In this document: one piece after another, positions 47,601 through 56,849 of the stretch
Position numbering within the stretch: position 1 is the stretch's first letter
How the letters are laid out: each line of letters starts with the position of its first letter
DNA from: an uncultured virus (IMG/VR IMGVR_UViG_3300042197_001183)
Lineage: Duplodnaviria; Heunggongvirae; Uroviricota; Caudoviricetes
Length of the DNA stretch: 64,000 bases
Virus record (IMG/VR): IMGVR_UViG_3300042197_001183
Direction: 5' to 3' (one strand)
Made by a program: the position numbers and the translations under genes
The notes under the pieces: model-generated
What the model was told of the DNA's origin: nothing
Database searches by the model: none
The model's input: the letters and a program-made list of their open reading frames with translations, nothing else

Positions 47601-50438
47601 TATACATTTACAATAACACCTAAAGTGTCAACAACAACTGGTTCATCCGTAAACGTATCATATAGTAATTTTGAAGATGTTGGATTATCACCATTTTATC
47701 AAGGAATATATAGTCAAATTGTTAATGGATATAGTCATTACAATACGTCGTTAGGTAATATTTCCTATTCGGCAAATACTTTGAATGATAGTATTTTACA
47801 TAGAGTTAGAACAAAAACACAAATGAACTATTGGGATGTTTTAATGGATAATACGAAATACAAAACAAACGAAAAAACATACACACTTCTACCTTCCATC
47901 GGAGATTACTCTAATACAAAAATTAATTCTAATAACACATTTGATTTTGCCCAACAGATTGGGTTTAGAACTTTATGGTTTTCAGATGACACAATAAATA
48001 ATTCATTTACGGGTCAAACTTTCCCAACACCTTATGAGTATTTTAGAACAACGGGAAACACTTATTCCATATCAGCAAATTATAAAAAGGCGTTAGATTT
48101 AATTGGTACATTTAGTCCTACAATCCTTGAATATTTTGAAAGTTATTTTTTAGATTTCGCAAGTCAAAAAATGAATGACGAAGTACCTTACAAACCATTT
48201 AGTGGTTTAACTTTTCAAAAATTTCAAGATGTGTTAAATAGATTAAGTGTCATTGATAAAACTAATTTACCACAGAATCCAACATCAAATATTGATTTAT
48301 TAATAACTAATATAAAAGAAAAACAAAAAGAAGCTGCAGAAATTATAACCAGTAGTATTTTGGGTAGTAATAATTTAATACAATTTAGTTTAGCTAACCC
48401 AAAGGAAATTGACCCATATATATTATATGGGATGACAAAGGCCATTCCAAATACAAGATATCTAACTCAATCATTTAACCCCTCCGATATCAACTCCACT
48501 AATTTAAATTTTATCAAATTATATATTGGTGAAGACATTGATGGGTATTACTTAGAGTTTTTTAATATTAATAACATAAAATTAATTGAAGATAATATAA
48601 AAACACATAGACCATATGCTCAGATATATGGTGGATATAGAAAAAATGGAGGTGTAGCAAACAGGTCTTCTTTTGTAAATTATTTAACAAGTGAAATTAT
48701 TATTAAAAAATCAAATAATAATATAGTTGCGGATGGTTCTGATAATAGATTTAGATATTTTATAACTCAACTTTTAAATAAATTCAAAACGTTAGATAGC
48801 AACGAGTCTAAAAATCCCTCATCTAGAATTGATAGATTTAGAGGATATAATTCTGATAACACAAAATTAGAATTATACAACACATTTAAATCATTTAATG
48901 ATAAGTGGACATCAGGTAATTCAATTGGACAAAGATTATTATTGGAAGAATTTTTATTTTTGGACAAGGCCAATAGAGATATTGGTGACAAGTTATATCT
49001 TAATATTGATAGATTTAAAGACCTATTAAATCCAAAAAATATAAAACAATCTTTGTATGGTGCGATATCCATGATGATTCAAGGGACGGGTTTAGATATG
49101 AGAGCATTACCGGCCTACATAAATTTTTATGGTAATAATGTGAATATCAAAAACAAGATAAGACCCTCAAAAAAAGTCGCATCAGATTTATTTGGTACAT
49201 TTTTAGAAGTGGACTATCAAGAGGCGACGCCAAAAATTATAATCCAATTGGTTGGGTATAATTCAAAAAGACTAGATATGTCAAATAGTAAACCATATAA
49301 ATTTGTTGATGATAGTTTTTATATTGGAAGTCAGAATAATAACCCATTACTTATTACATCTTTGGAAAGTTTTTCAAAAAATGATTTATCAAAATCAAAT
49401 AGAGTTGTTGCATTTGAGGTTAGTTTTGGAGACCAAAATCAAGGGATTTTTAAGGGATTAACACTTGACCAAACAAACTTAAAAAATACGTCAGAATCTT
49501 TTGTTGTTTTGGAAAACTTGGCTAGGTCGGCGTCTGGTGCCGGTGTTTACAATGTTGATGTTTCATTGTTTGATTATTACAAACAAGCGTCTTACAAATG
49601 TGATGTGACCGCCATGGGTAACGTTATGATACAACCAACGATGTTTTTTTATTTGAAAAATGTACCAATGTTTAGAGGTTCATATTGGATAACAGAAGTT
49701 GTACATACAATAAAGTCAAATAACATATCAACAACGTTTTCGGGTGCAAGAATACCTTATTCCTCCTTACCTGACCCAAAAGATTCGTTCGTTGCGAGTT
49801 ATAGAATCTTATTCGATAAGATACAATCTAAGGCAAGTAGAATAATAAAACAACGAGAACTTAATAGAACTGATACAGAGGAAAAGGTAATATATCAAGG
49901 AATAGAATATATAACGGATAGACGAGGTAAAATCATTCAAGGAGAGCAAATATTAAATAAATTAGACGATGTTAATATTAATAAATTTGGTGTACCATTT
50001 AATGGGTTTAACGAACAAAGAACAATTCAAAAAGTAAAAAATAATAACCAAGTTTGGCTAAGAGGATTGGCGGTAGAAATGGGTGGGACAGGATACACTA
50101 TTAGTGATTCAACAAGCATGAATATTGCCAATGGTATCGAGTTTTCAAAAATACGAAATACCGATTACAAATATTTTATGGTTAATTTTCAATTATCTAG
50201 ACAAATTACACCTGATTTAATTAGAACAGCAAAAACAACGTTTAAAAATCCAAAAAATAATAAAACCATAATTGTTAATCCAAATTACCAATTAGATGAA
50301 TCTATTGGAACAATTGTCGCAGAGGGTCCGGTTTCGGTTGGACCGATAAGTAACACCTATGGAATATCGTTGTCAAAAAAATTAATGAGTGAACTTAAGT
50401 TGTTTGATGGTGATGTTGTTTATTTCATTATGGAATAA
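44640..50438 (+). CDS. Very large baseplate hub-like protein (gp27/GpD-type regions)
   Basis: FGIDSISI..P.V.ISFIDVRG and Y.C.V.AMGN..IQP...F.GSYWITEVVHTI...STTFSG; position after the LysM wedge gene. Confidence 0.6.
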   Translation: MVNNRDYPNGENILVKVDQNNLVYVDPNSVVDSNGEIHPRGHKQENLVMYVNLEADLVPRTILTMDNDKGNTLTQIASGNLNFLKNATGDGNFDSTWTDSFVPKPIQGQESNYKDGYDVTFGENQFKDTSGQSFGIDSISISIKGANFTPTVNISFIDVRGKTLFESSNNSPYRAFFHLPWPIFYLTVKGYYGKAIRYRLHMTKFSSRFNESNGNFEISTIFVGSTYAWMNDITLSQIITCPYMFLVEENKNTSFNEKTGLYEKRVSHSSRGYQILKSVYRQYEQKGLIPKGFPVRTLIEMGYIAESLDKILEQKIFGEVDMGVFQGIKELDETITNFDRAFKAWGKKNLDNLQSEKISENEFWYYTSQKDKTKLNWDTGGITGDKNGTLELLIKNFNETIQKNRLFAQQLLKNTTDGDFKKISIKSLNNVITYYKVLPDKKVIVNIDGIFNDLFQIRKLFEEQRKKVEDDVETKMNEIIKGKEGFGFEPTIRNMFAVLLANAEVYIRLMKDVHNKAYNASNTRKNAIKELSSESKGENVYPWPEITKPQQGGKINVIAYPGDEQLIHKLESYDSAKWPEVDFVEEYLKINTNRVETNVNKEPTRNDVNYIFDSNADLNNVSPISTTDFIIKRVPYIDKDYASFLYEVYERARYLTMFDSFTNEMLTELANEEFNNIKNSIKEDGDLIEIAKKINGLEDFINVKYQQQRKDENGKIEVDENGNPKTYTEYGGYLFLSSPYDKFSSYIDTIPTTNYLVEVLSEPFAFESYNLNVIVKEGGLDDTKINNFLLNYQPESYRKNIYPFNSSTYLSYINKTTFGDDNFKFNGILKYEPYNGFISSPIESKSWVKPGSNNLTNFFLNTINVTGNTLSILNTPYFHNQLYYDFNKSSVNGKYVGSAYLLLNSLPFIDLDEQITFENKSISVSSLFREIGSTHFVPYHLLLKWGSIYHRYKKHLIDGDDILEGAVNSIYVTKPLSGQTLFDNNSGYTFTITPKVSTTTGSSVNVSYSNFEDVGLSPFYQGIYSQIVNGYSHYNTSLGNISYSANTLNDSILHRVRTKTQMNYWDVLMDNTKYKTNEKTYTLLPSIGDYSNTKINSNNTFDFAQQIGFRTLWFSDDTINNSFTGQTFPTPYEYFRTTGNTYSISANYKKALDLIGTFSPTILEYFESYFLDFASQKMNDEVPYKPFSGLTFQKFQDVLNRLSVIDKTNLPQNPTSNIDLLITNIKEKQKEAAEIITSSILGSNNLIQFSLANPKEIDPYILYGMTKAIPNTRYLTQSFNPSDINSTNLNFIKLYIGEDIDGYYLEFFNINNIKLIEDNIKTHRPYAQIYGGYRKNGGVANRSSFVNYLTSEIIIKKSNNNIVADGSDNRFRYFITQLLNKFKTLDSNESKNPSSRIDRFRGYNSDNTKLELYNTFKSFNDKWTSGNSIGQRLLLEEFLFLDKANRDIGDKLYLNIDRFKDLLNPKNIKQSLYGAISMMIQGTGLDMRALPAYINFYGNNVNIKNKIRPSKKVASDLFGTFLEVDYQEATPKIIIQLVGYNSKRLDMSNSKPYKFVDDSFYIGSQNNNPLLITSLESFSKNDLSKSNRVVAFEVSFGDQNQGIFKGLTLDQTNLKNTSESFVVLENLARSASGAGVYNVDVSLFDYYKQASYKCDVTAMGNVMIQPTMFFYLKNVPMFRGSYWITEVVHTIKSNNISTTFSGARIPYSSLPDPKDSFVASYRILFDKIQSKASRIIKQRELNRTDTEEKVIYQGIEYITDRRGKIIQGEQILNKLDDVNINKFGVPFNGFNEQRTIQKVKNNNQVWLRGLAVEMGGTGYTISDSTSMNIANGIEFSKIRNTDYKYFMVNFQLSRQITPDLIRTAKTTFKNPKNNKTIIVNPNYQLDESIGTIVAEGPVSVGPISNTYGISLSKKLMSELKLFDGDVVYFIME

Positions 50439-50481
50439 TTAGATATTTTGTTTTTTGTAGATATTTATTATAAAAAAGAAA

Positions 50482-50682
50482 ATGAATAACGAAAATTTTA
50501 ATAAGTCTTTAGACACTTTTATGAGTAAAACAAAGACCACAAAAAAAATAAGTGACACCGAAAGAGAGGAATGTGATATACAAACTGGTGAATGCTATGT
50601 AATAAGGTCCAAAGACGGGATTGTAGAAAGAATAAATAAAAAATTCATAACCGAAGACGGAAGACAACTTTTACAAGATTAA
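50482..50682 (+). CDS. Hypothetical protein (66 aa)
   Basis: CDIQTGEC..DG.VER..ITEDGRQLL; TATTTAT upstream. Confidence 0.7.
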   Translation: MNNENFNKSLDTFMSKTKTTKKISDTEREECDIQTGECYVIRSKDGIVERINKKFITEDGRQLLQD

Positions 50683-50683
50683 T

Positions 50684-51340
50684 ATGAAAAAATTAGAAAA
50701 AAAATTAATGGAGGAAATCGCCAGACATAAAGCGATTAATGGTTACACTAAACGTTTGATGGAACAGGGTGAATTACCACCACCTGCTGATTTACCCGCA
50801 GACCCCGCAGCATTACCCGCAGACCCTGCAGCATTACCCGCGGACCCTGCAGCATTACCCGCGGACCCCGCAGCGTTACCTACAGACCCAGTTGCGGATG
50901 TACCTATGGAAGACGAAACAGAAGAAATAGATATAACTGATTTGGTTAACATGACTAAGTCAATTAAAAAAGATTTAGATAATAAAAACACGGAAAACAC
51001 GGAAGTGGTAAGTAAAATGGATAATGTGTTCACTAAATTAAATGATTTGGAACAAAAACTATCTCAAATGGATTCTCTTTTAAGTAAAATAGATGAATTG
51101 GGTAACAAAGTTGAAACCATGAAAGAAAAAACTCCACAAGAAAAATTGGAGTTAAGGTCGTTGGATTCATATCCATTTAATTTAAACCCCCAACAATTTT
51201 TCGCACAAAAACAACCCGAAATGCAACAATCTGGTAAAAACGAATACGTCTTAACCAAACAGGATATTGATGACTATTCCTTAGATACAATAAGAAATAG
51301 TTTTAACCCAGAACAGGAAGAAGATGAATTTAAGTTCTAA
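50684..51340 (+). CDS. Acidic coiled-coil protein, putative scaffold/head-internal protein
   Basis: LMEEIARHK N-terminus, Pro/Ala/Asp repeat, EEIDITDLV, coiled coil, EKLELRSLDSYPF. Confidence 0.7.
   Translation: MKKLEKKLMEEIARHKAINGYTKRLMEQGELPPPADLPADPAALPADPAALPADPAALPADPAALPTDPVADVPMEDETEEIDITDLVNMTKSIKKDLDNKNTENTEVVSKMDNVFTKLNDLEQKLSQMDSLLSKIDELGNKVETMKEKTPQEKLELRSLDSYPFNLNPQQFFAQKQPEMQQSGKNEYVLTKQDIDDYSLDTIRNSFNPEQEEDEFKF
50792..50890 (+). repeat. Coding 21-nt tandem repeat (LPADPAA)
   Basis: TTACCCGCRGACCCYGCAGCR at 50792, 50813, 50834, 50855 plus a degenerate fifth copy. Confidence 0.9.
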
Positions 51341-51698
51341 AGTAAATCTTTTAATAGGTTTACAATTACAATTAAAAATAAATCATTGGCAAACCAAAGG
51401 TATTGCTAGACATGAGGCGTTTGGTAAAACATACGATGCTCTAACCGATTTAATTGATGATTTTGTTGAAATTGCGATGGGTAAGTATGGTAGATTTATT
51501 TTGGACGACCAAACAAAAACAATTACATTAATTAATTTGTCAGAAATGAACCCATCAGATATGATAAAAACATGTACTGAGGGTTTAGTACAATTCTCCG
51601 AAGATTTAGACGGAACCACAGATACAGATTTATTAAATATAAGAGATGAAATTCTTGGAAATTTAAATAAATTGTTGTATCTTTTAACTTTAGAATAA
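51324..51698 (+). CDS. Ferritin/Dps-like four-helix protein (DUF5856-like)
   Basis: HWQT...ARHEAFG..YD.L..LID.FVE..MGKYGR and DLLNIRDEIL...NKLLYLLTL. Confidence 0.8.
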   Translation: MNLSSKVNLLIGLQLQLKINHWQTKGIARHEAFGKTYDALTDLIDDFVEIAMGKYGRFILDDQTKTITLINLSEMNPSDMIKTCTEGLVQFSEDLDGTTDTDLLNIRDEILGNLNKLLYLLTLE

Positions 51699-51702
51699 GT
51701 TA

Positions 51703-51776
51703 GGTTCGTTAGTAGAGTTGGTTACAATATCGCACTGTCACTGCGAAGGTCGTGGGTTCGATTCCCACACGAACCG
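51703..51776 (+). tRNA. tRNA-Asp (GTC)
   Basis: Acceptor GGTTCGT/ACGAACC, anticodon arm TCGCA-CTGTCAC-TGCGA, T arm GTGGG-TTCGATT-CCCAC, discriminator G; CCA not encoded. Confidence 0.93.
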
Positions 51777-51825
51777 CTTTTGGGGGATATAACTACTCAC
51801 CCCAAATCTCAGGGCGGGGACATAT

Positions 51826-51899
51826 AGGGGAATATATCAATTGGTTAGATTACGTGCTTTGGGAGCACGAGGTTGTGGGTTCGAGTCCCGCTTCCCCTA
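51826..51899 (+). tRNA. tRNA-Pro (TGG)
   Basis: Acceptor AGGGGAA/TTCCCCT, anticodon arm CGTGC-TTTGGGA-GCACG, T arm GTGGG-TTCGAGT-CCCGC, discriminator A; CCA not encoded. Confidence 0.92.
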
Positions 51900-51920
51900 C
51901 AAAAAAAAATTGTGAAACAT

Positions 51921-51951
51921 TTTGAAATTCAATTTTTTTTCCTTATACTTT
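51921..51951 (+). promoter_or_regulatory. Putative early/host-RNAP promoter of the ssb-uvsX operon
   Basis: TTTG-N19-TATACTTT, same architecture as the site before polB. Confidence 0.45.
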
Positions 51952-51975
51952 ACTTACATTTAAAAACAAAAAATT

Positions 51976-52896
51976 ATGTCAACATTAGAAGCAGTACTGG
52001 CACAGTACGAAAAAAACAAACAAGCCACGAGTGGCAACATCGGAATGTCTCAAGAAGACAGAATGAAAAAGTACTTTACTACCGTTTTACCAAAAGGTAT
52101 GCGTAGTCAAGAGCGAAGAATCAGAATTCTTCCAGCAAAAGATGGTTCACCATTTGTAGAGGTGTATTTCCACGAAGTACAAATAGATGGTGATTGGGTG
52201 AAACTTTATGACCCAAAACAAGAAGGAAAACGTTCACCATTAGATGAAGTCCGTGAAGGACTTTTAGCGACTGGTAGTGAATCCGATAAAATTCTTGCTC
52301 GTCAATATCGTTCTCGTAAATTCTTTATCGTTAAACTCATTGATAGAGATAATGAACAAGATGGTGTAAAGTTTTGGCGTTTTAAAAATAACACAAAAAG
52401 TGAAGGTGTTTATGATAAATTGATTCCTTTATTTAGAAATAAAGGCGATATTACCGACCCAACAAAAGGGAGGGATTTAATTTTAAACCTGAACCTTTCA
52501 AAGGCCGGTAATGGTAGAGATTATACTACAATTACTCAGATTATACCGGAAGACCCAAGTCCGTTACATGAGGATAAATTAACCGCAGAATCATGGATTA
52601 ACGACCCCTTGGTTTGGTCTGATGTTTATTCCAAAAAACCTGAAGAGTATTTAGAAATGGTTGCAACTAATCAAAATCCAAAATGGGATAGTATAACGGG
52701 TAAGTGGGTATCTACTTCAACAGAAGAAGAAAATGTTGCGGGTCCTCAAGAAAATGAGGACGACATTGAAGAAAATGTGGTTATAACTGAAAAAAACACA
52801 ACTCGTTCCTCTGGAACTAAACAAAAAACCAAACAAGTTGTTGAATATGTTGACCCACAAGAATCATCTGATGTTGACGAAGATTTACCATTTTAA
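51976..52896 (+). CDS. Single-stranded DNA-binding protein, gp32-like
   Basis: IRILP..PF..V.FH, GVKFWRF, DITDP..GRDL..Y; acidic tail ending DEDLPF. Confidence 0.85.
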   Translation: MSTLEAVLAQYEKNKQATSGNIGMSQEDRMKKYFTTVLPKGMRSQERRIRILPAKDGSPFVEVYFHEVQIDGDWVKLYDPKQEGKRSPLDEVREGLLATGSESDKILARQYRSRKFFIVKLIDRDNEQDGVKFWRFKNNTKSEGVYDKLIPLFRNKGDITDPTKGRDLILNLNLSKAGNGRDYTTITQIIPEDPSPLHEDKLTAESWINDPLVWSDVYSKKPEEYLEMVATNQNPKWDSITGKWVSTSTEEENVAGPQENEDDIEENVVITEKNTTRSSGTKQKTKQVVEYVDPQESSDVDEDLPF

Positions 52897-52911
52897 TTAA
52901 AACAATAGTAT

Positions 52912-52944
52912 AACGCCCACACGAATTGTGTGGGCGTTTTTTTT
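52912..52944 (+). terminator. Rho-independent terminator/attenuator after ssb
   Basis: AACGCCCACAC-GAATT-GTGTGGGCGTT followed by a U-tract. Confidence 0.85.
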
Positions 52945-52957
52945 AAAAAAAAACATT

Positions 52958-53959
52958 ATGCCAATTAAGAAAAAAGAATTCGATTATATTTCAAAATTTT
53001 CTTCTAAAACAAAATATAAAGAAGAAAAATTTTATTATTGTGGGGAAACATTTAATGGTGCTTGTGGTCTTCCCGGTCCTGTAATGGGAAACATAAACAT
53101 GTTTTTGGGTCACACAAATTCATCAAAGACAACCGCGATGATATTATGTGCGGTGGATGCTCAAAGGAGAGGTGATTTGGTTGTTTTTATTATCACCGAA
53201 AGAAAATGGAAATGGGAACACGCGGTCGAATTAGGACTTCAAGCAGAAAAAGATAAAAATGGAGAATGGTGTGGTGATTTTATTTTTAATGATTCTTTTG
53301 AATATATTGAACAAGCGACAGACTTTGTTAATGAAATTATAGACGCTCATGAAAAGGGAGATATACAAAGAAATATTTTGTTTTGTTGGGATTCTATAGG
53401 TTCAATTCCATGTAAAATGACCTTTGATGGTAAAGGGGGTAAACAACATAACGCTAGTGTATTGTCAGATAAGATTGGAATGGGAATACACGCAAGAATA
53501 ACTAAATCAAAAAAAGAAGATTACCCTTCATTAGAAAATTCACACTACCTGACAATGGTTGTAGTTAATCAACCATGGGTTGAATTACCTGATAATCCGT
53601 TCGGTCAACCTGAAATTAAGGCGAAAGGTGGTGAGGCGTTGTGGTTGGCGTCAGCATTGGTTTTCTTATTTGGAAATCAGAAAAAATCAGGAATCAATCA
53701 TATTGATGCTGTTAAAGATGGTAGAAAAATCACATATGCAATTAGAACAAAAATATCGATACTTAAAAATCATGTTAATGGTTTGGGGTATAAAGATGGA
53801 AAAGTAATTGTTGTACATAATGGTTATATTCCCGATACAAAAGAAGCGTTGGAAAATTACAAAAAAGAATTTTCAAATTTTTGGAAAGAAAAAATTGGTG
53901 GAGGAGATTTTGAGTTAAAAGATAGTGTTATATTTGAAGAAGGTCCTGATGTGGATTGA
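52958..53959 (+). CDS. uvsX: RecA/UvsX-like recombinase
   Basis: P-loop GHTNSSKTT, FIITE, WDSIG, VVNQ, KGGEAL, KNH. ATG at 52958 preferred because the GTG at 52928 lies in the terminator hairpin. Confidence 0.85.
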   Translation: MPIKKKEFDYISKFSSKTKYKEEKFYYCGETFNGACGLPGPVMGNINMFLGHTNSSKTTAMILCAVDAQRRGDLVVFIITERKWKWEHAVELGLQAEKDKNGEWCGDFIFNDSFEYIEQATDFVNEIIDAHEKGDIQRNILFCWDSIGSIPCKMTFDGKGGKQHNASVLSDKIGMGIHARITKSKKEDYPSLENSHYLTMVVVNQPWVELPDNPFGQPEIKAKGGEALWLASALVFLFGNQKKSGINHIDAVKDGRKITYAIRTKISILKNHVNGLGYKDGKVIVVHNGYIPDTKEALENYKKEFSNFWKEKIGGGDFELKDSVIFEEGPDVD

Positions 53960-53985
53960 TTGTTTAACAATTAGAACAATGATAA

Positions 53986-55008
53986 ATGTCTAAGGTACTT
54001 TTAGTAGATGGTGATAATTTACTTACAATCGGATTTTTTGCATTAAAAAATCATTTTTACAAAGGAGAACATATTGGTGGAATATATCATTTTATTAATA
54101 CTATTCGTCTTTTTATTGATAAACATCATTTAGATAAGGTAGTTGTTTTTTGGGATGGTGAAAATGGGTCACAAACCAGAAGAAGTTTTTATCACCAATA
54201 CAAACAAAACAGAAGAGTAAGGATAAGAACAGAAGAAGAAGTAAATTCATATGCTAAAGAACGAAATCGGATAAAACAATATTTGGAAGACCTCTATGTT
54301 AGACAAGGGGAATATGAAAATTGTGAAAGTGATGATTCAATTGCTTACTATGTTCAAAATTCACCAAATGAAAATAAAATAATATTTTCTGCGGATGGAG
54401 ATTTGACTCAATTAGTATCTGAAAATACAAGATTGTATAACCCATCTCATGGTAGAATGTATCAACAAAACGATATGTTTACATATAAAGATGAAGAAAT
54501 TCTTATTAAGAACATTAAATTGGTTAAAATGGTATGTGGGGATTCATCTGATAATATTGCAGGTATAAAAAGTTTAGGTATTTCAAAATTAGTAACAGCT
54601 GTTCCCGAATTAAAAGAGAGAGAATTAACGTTGGACTACATAAAAGAAAGATATAATCTTTTATTTGAAAACGATAAAAATAACAAATCAATTAAGAATT
54701 TATTAACCGGTGTTACTAAATTTGGTGTTTTGGGTGACGAGTTTTTTCAAGTCAACGAAAGATTAGTTAATCTTGAAAACCCTTTTTTAACCGAAGACGC
54801 AAAGGAATCCGTAATTTTACTTGTAAATGACTACATGGATTCAGATGGTCGTTCATATAAAAACACATTAAAAATGATGATTGAAGATGGTATATTTTCA
54901 CTATTACCAAAATCAGATGATGCGTGGATTAAATTTTTAAATCCATTTTTAAGACTAACAAGAAAAGAAAAAAATAAAAAAACAATTAAAATTAAAACAA
55001 ATGAATAA
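53986..55008 (+). CDS. 5'-3' exonuclease / T4 RNase H-like flap endonuclease
   Basis: LLVDGDNL, VFWDG, YKQNR, ESDD.IA, SADGDLTQL, GDSSDNIAGI. Confidence 0.9.
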   Translation: MSKVLLVDGDNLLTIGFFALKNHFYKGEHIGGIYHFINTIRLFIDKHHLDKVVVFWDGENGSQTRRSFYHQYKQNRRVRIRTEEEVNSYAKERNRIKQYLEDLYVRQGEYENCESDDSIAYYVQNSPNENKIIFSADGDLTQLVSENTRLYNPSHGRMYQQNDMFTYKDEEILIKNIKLVKMVCGDSSDNIAGIKSLGISKLVTAVPELKERELTLDYIKERYNLLFENDKNNKSIKNLLTGVTKFGVLGDEFFQVNERLVNLENPFLTEDAKESVILLVNDYMDSDGRSYKNTLKMMIEDGIFSLLPKSDDAWIKFLNPFLRLTRKEKNKKTIKIKTNE

Positions 55009-55444
55009 TCAAGAACTATCAAAATTTGAATTTTTACTTACACTTGAAAACAACATCGTGTGTCAAAGGTTTTTTAATGTAAAAGAATATAATCCTGAGA
55101 TTCGACATTCTTTGGATTTGTATTATGTTGTAAAAAATATTTGTGAAGAAATTAGTGATGATTTAAAAAGAAAAACTATGGACTATCTATATGATAATGT
55201 GGACTTTTTTCACGATTCAAACAATTTGGAATCACAAACAGATACAACAAATGAGTCCTTCGTTTTAGAAATTAAGTTGGGTGATGAAGTATTTATCAGA
55301 AATATGTTTCCCGCCAATTATTATCACCCTAAGGTAAGATATACTGTAGATATTCGTCCACACCTTAAAAGGTATTTGTCCGAATTAACAGGTATTTTAT
55401 CATCTAAAAATTTGGAAACTACTTTTTTAAATTACGAACTATAA
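55001..55444 (+). CDS. Hypothetical protein (147 aa)
   Basis: Coupled within the replication operon. Confidence 0.75.
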   Translation: MNNQELSKFEFLLTLENNIVCQRFFNVKEYNPEIRHSLDLYYVVKNICEEISDDLKRKTMDYLYDNVDFFHDSNNLESQTDTTNESFVLEIKLGDEVFIRNMFPANYYHPKVRYTVDIRPHLKRYLSELTGILSSKNLETTFLNYEL

Positions 55445-55457
55445 AATAAAATAAATT

Positions 55458-56834
55458 ATGTCAGAAAAGAATTTTGGTTTTTTAGGTGCATCATTTCAAC
55501 AAACATTATTAAAGGCGATTATTGAAAATAAAAAATATGGGGAACAAATTATTGATGTAATTGAACATAAATATTTTGATAATACTTCGTTTAGGTATAT
55601 TACAACACACATTAAAGAGTATTATAAAAAATATAACAGAATTCCTGACTACCAAAGTTTATCACAGATGATTGTTAAGGAGTATGGTTCTCAAGAATTG
55701 GCGAGAGTTCATCTTGATACCATACAAGATTTAATGGATAACACCAAAGAAGACCCCATGGTCCAAGAGGAGGCGTTAAATTTTTGTAAGCAACAAAATC
55801 TTAAAAAAGAGATTAAACATGTAAACACCATTATTGAAAATGGTGCGTTTCAAGAATATCATAAAATTGAAGGGATAATACAGAAAGCTCTTAGAGTTGG
55901 GTTACCACCTGATGAAACTGTGGATGTGTTTCAAGACATTGACCGGGCCTTAGAAAAAGACAATAGATGTCCCATACCAACTGGTATTAGTGGTTTAGAT
56001 AGTGCACTTAAAGGTGGTTTAGGTAAAGGTGAATTGGGTGTCGTATTGGCACCGACAGGTACGGGAAAATCAACGTTATTAACTTTATTTGCTAATACAG
56101 CATATAATCAAGGATTCAATGTTCTTCAAATCTTCTTTGAAGATAGTACAGATGTAATTAAACGTAAACACTATACTATATGGTCAGGGGTATCACCGGA
56201 TGAACAACCGGATAATAAAGAAGAAGTAAAAAATGCTGTTTTAGAAAAAAGTAAAAATAGTAAGGGGAGTCTTGATTTATTAAAACTACCAAGTGATTCT
56301 GTTACAATTTCTGAAATAAAAACAAGAGTCAGAAAAAGACTATCTGAAGGAAAAAAAATAGACTTATTAATAATTGACTATGTTGATTGTATATCACTAG
56401 AAAAATCACAATATGGAGAGGAATGGAAAGGTGAGGGTTCCGTAATGAGAAGTTTAGAATCAATGACAAATGAGTTTAATATGGTAATATGGACTGCTAC
56501 CCAAGGTAATAGGGAATCCATTTCATCAGAAGTGGTTAATAGTGACCAGATGGGTGGTTCCATTAAGAAAGCACAAATTGCTCATGTAATTTTATCAATA
56601 GGTAAAACGATTGAACAAAAAGACCATAAAATGGCAACAATGACCCTTCTTAAATCAAGGATTGGTAAGGATGGAATTATATGGCAAAATTGTAAATTTG
56701 ACAATGAATATTTAATTATTGATACCGAGTCACAAACAACTCTTCTTGGGCATAAAGAAGAAAAACAAAAAGACAACGCCACGAGAGCAAAAGAAGCGTT
56801 TATTCGGAGAAATCAAATGTTGAATACAAATTAA
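55458..56834 (+). CDS. Replicative DnaB-like helicase, gp41-like
   Basis: IPTG..LD..GG, LAPTGTGKST, IIDYVD, WTATQGNR, KSRIG. Confidence 0.92.
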   Translation: MSEKNFGFLGASFQQTLLKAIIENKKYGEQIIDVIEHKYFDNTSFRYITTHIKEYYKKYNRIPDYQSLSQMIVKEYGSQELARVHLDTIQDLMDNTKEDPMVQEEALNFCKQQNLKKEIKHVNTIIENGAFQEYHKIEGIIQKALRVGLPPDETVDVFQDIDRALEKDNRCPIPTGISGLDSALKGGLGKGELGVVLAPTGTGKSTLLTLFANTAYNQGFNVLQIFFEDSTDVIKRKHYTIWSGVSPDEQPDNKEEVKNAVLEKSKNSKGSLDLLKLPSDSVTISEIKTRVRKRLSEGKKIDLLIIDYVDCISLEKSQYGEEWKGEGSVMRSLESMTNEFNMVIWTATQGNRESISSEVVNSDQMGGSIKKAQIAHVILSIGKTIEQKDHKMATMTLLKSRIGKDGIIWQNCKFDNEYLIIDTESQTTLLGHKEEKQKDNATRAKEAFIRRNQMLNTN

Positions 56835-56849
56835 AAATTAAATAAAATT

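Noticed and set aside
50743..51033. Minus-strand ORF with GNAAGSA repeats
   Set aside because: Shadow of the LPADPAA repeat.
51777..51825. Theta/HDV-like ribozyme or third tRNA between the two tRNAs
   Set aside because: Only a TTTGGGG/CCCCAAA hairpin is evident; I could not build P2/P3/P1.1 or a cloverleaf.
51873..52106. 77-aa ORF in the track
   Set aside because: Starts inside tRNA-Pro and overlaps ssb out of frame.
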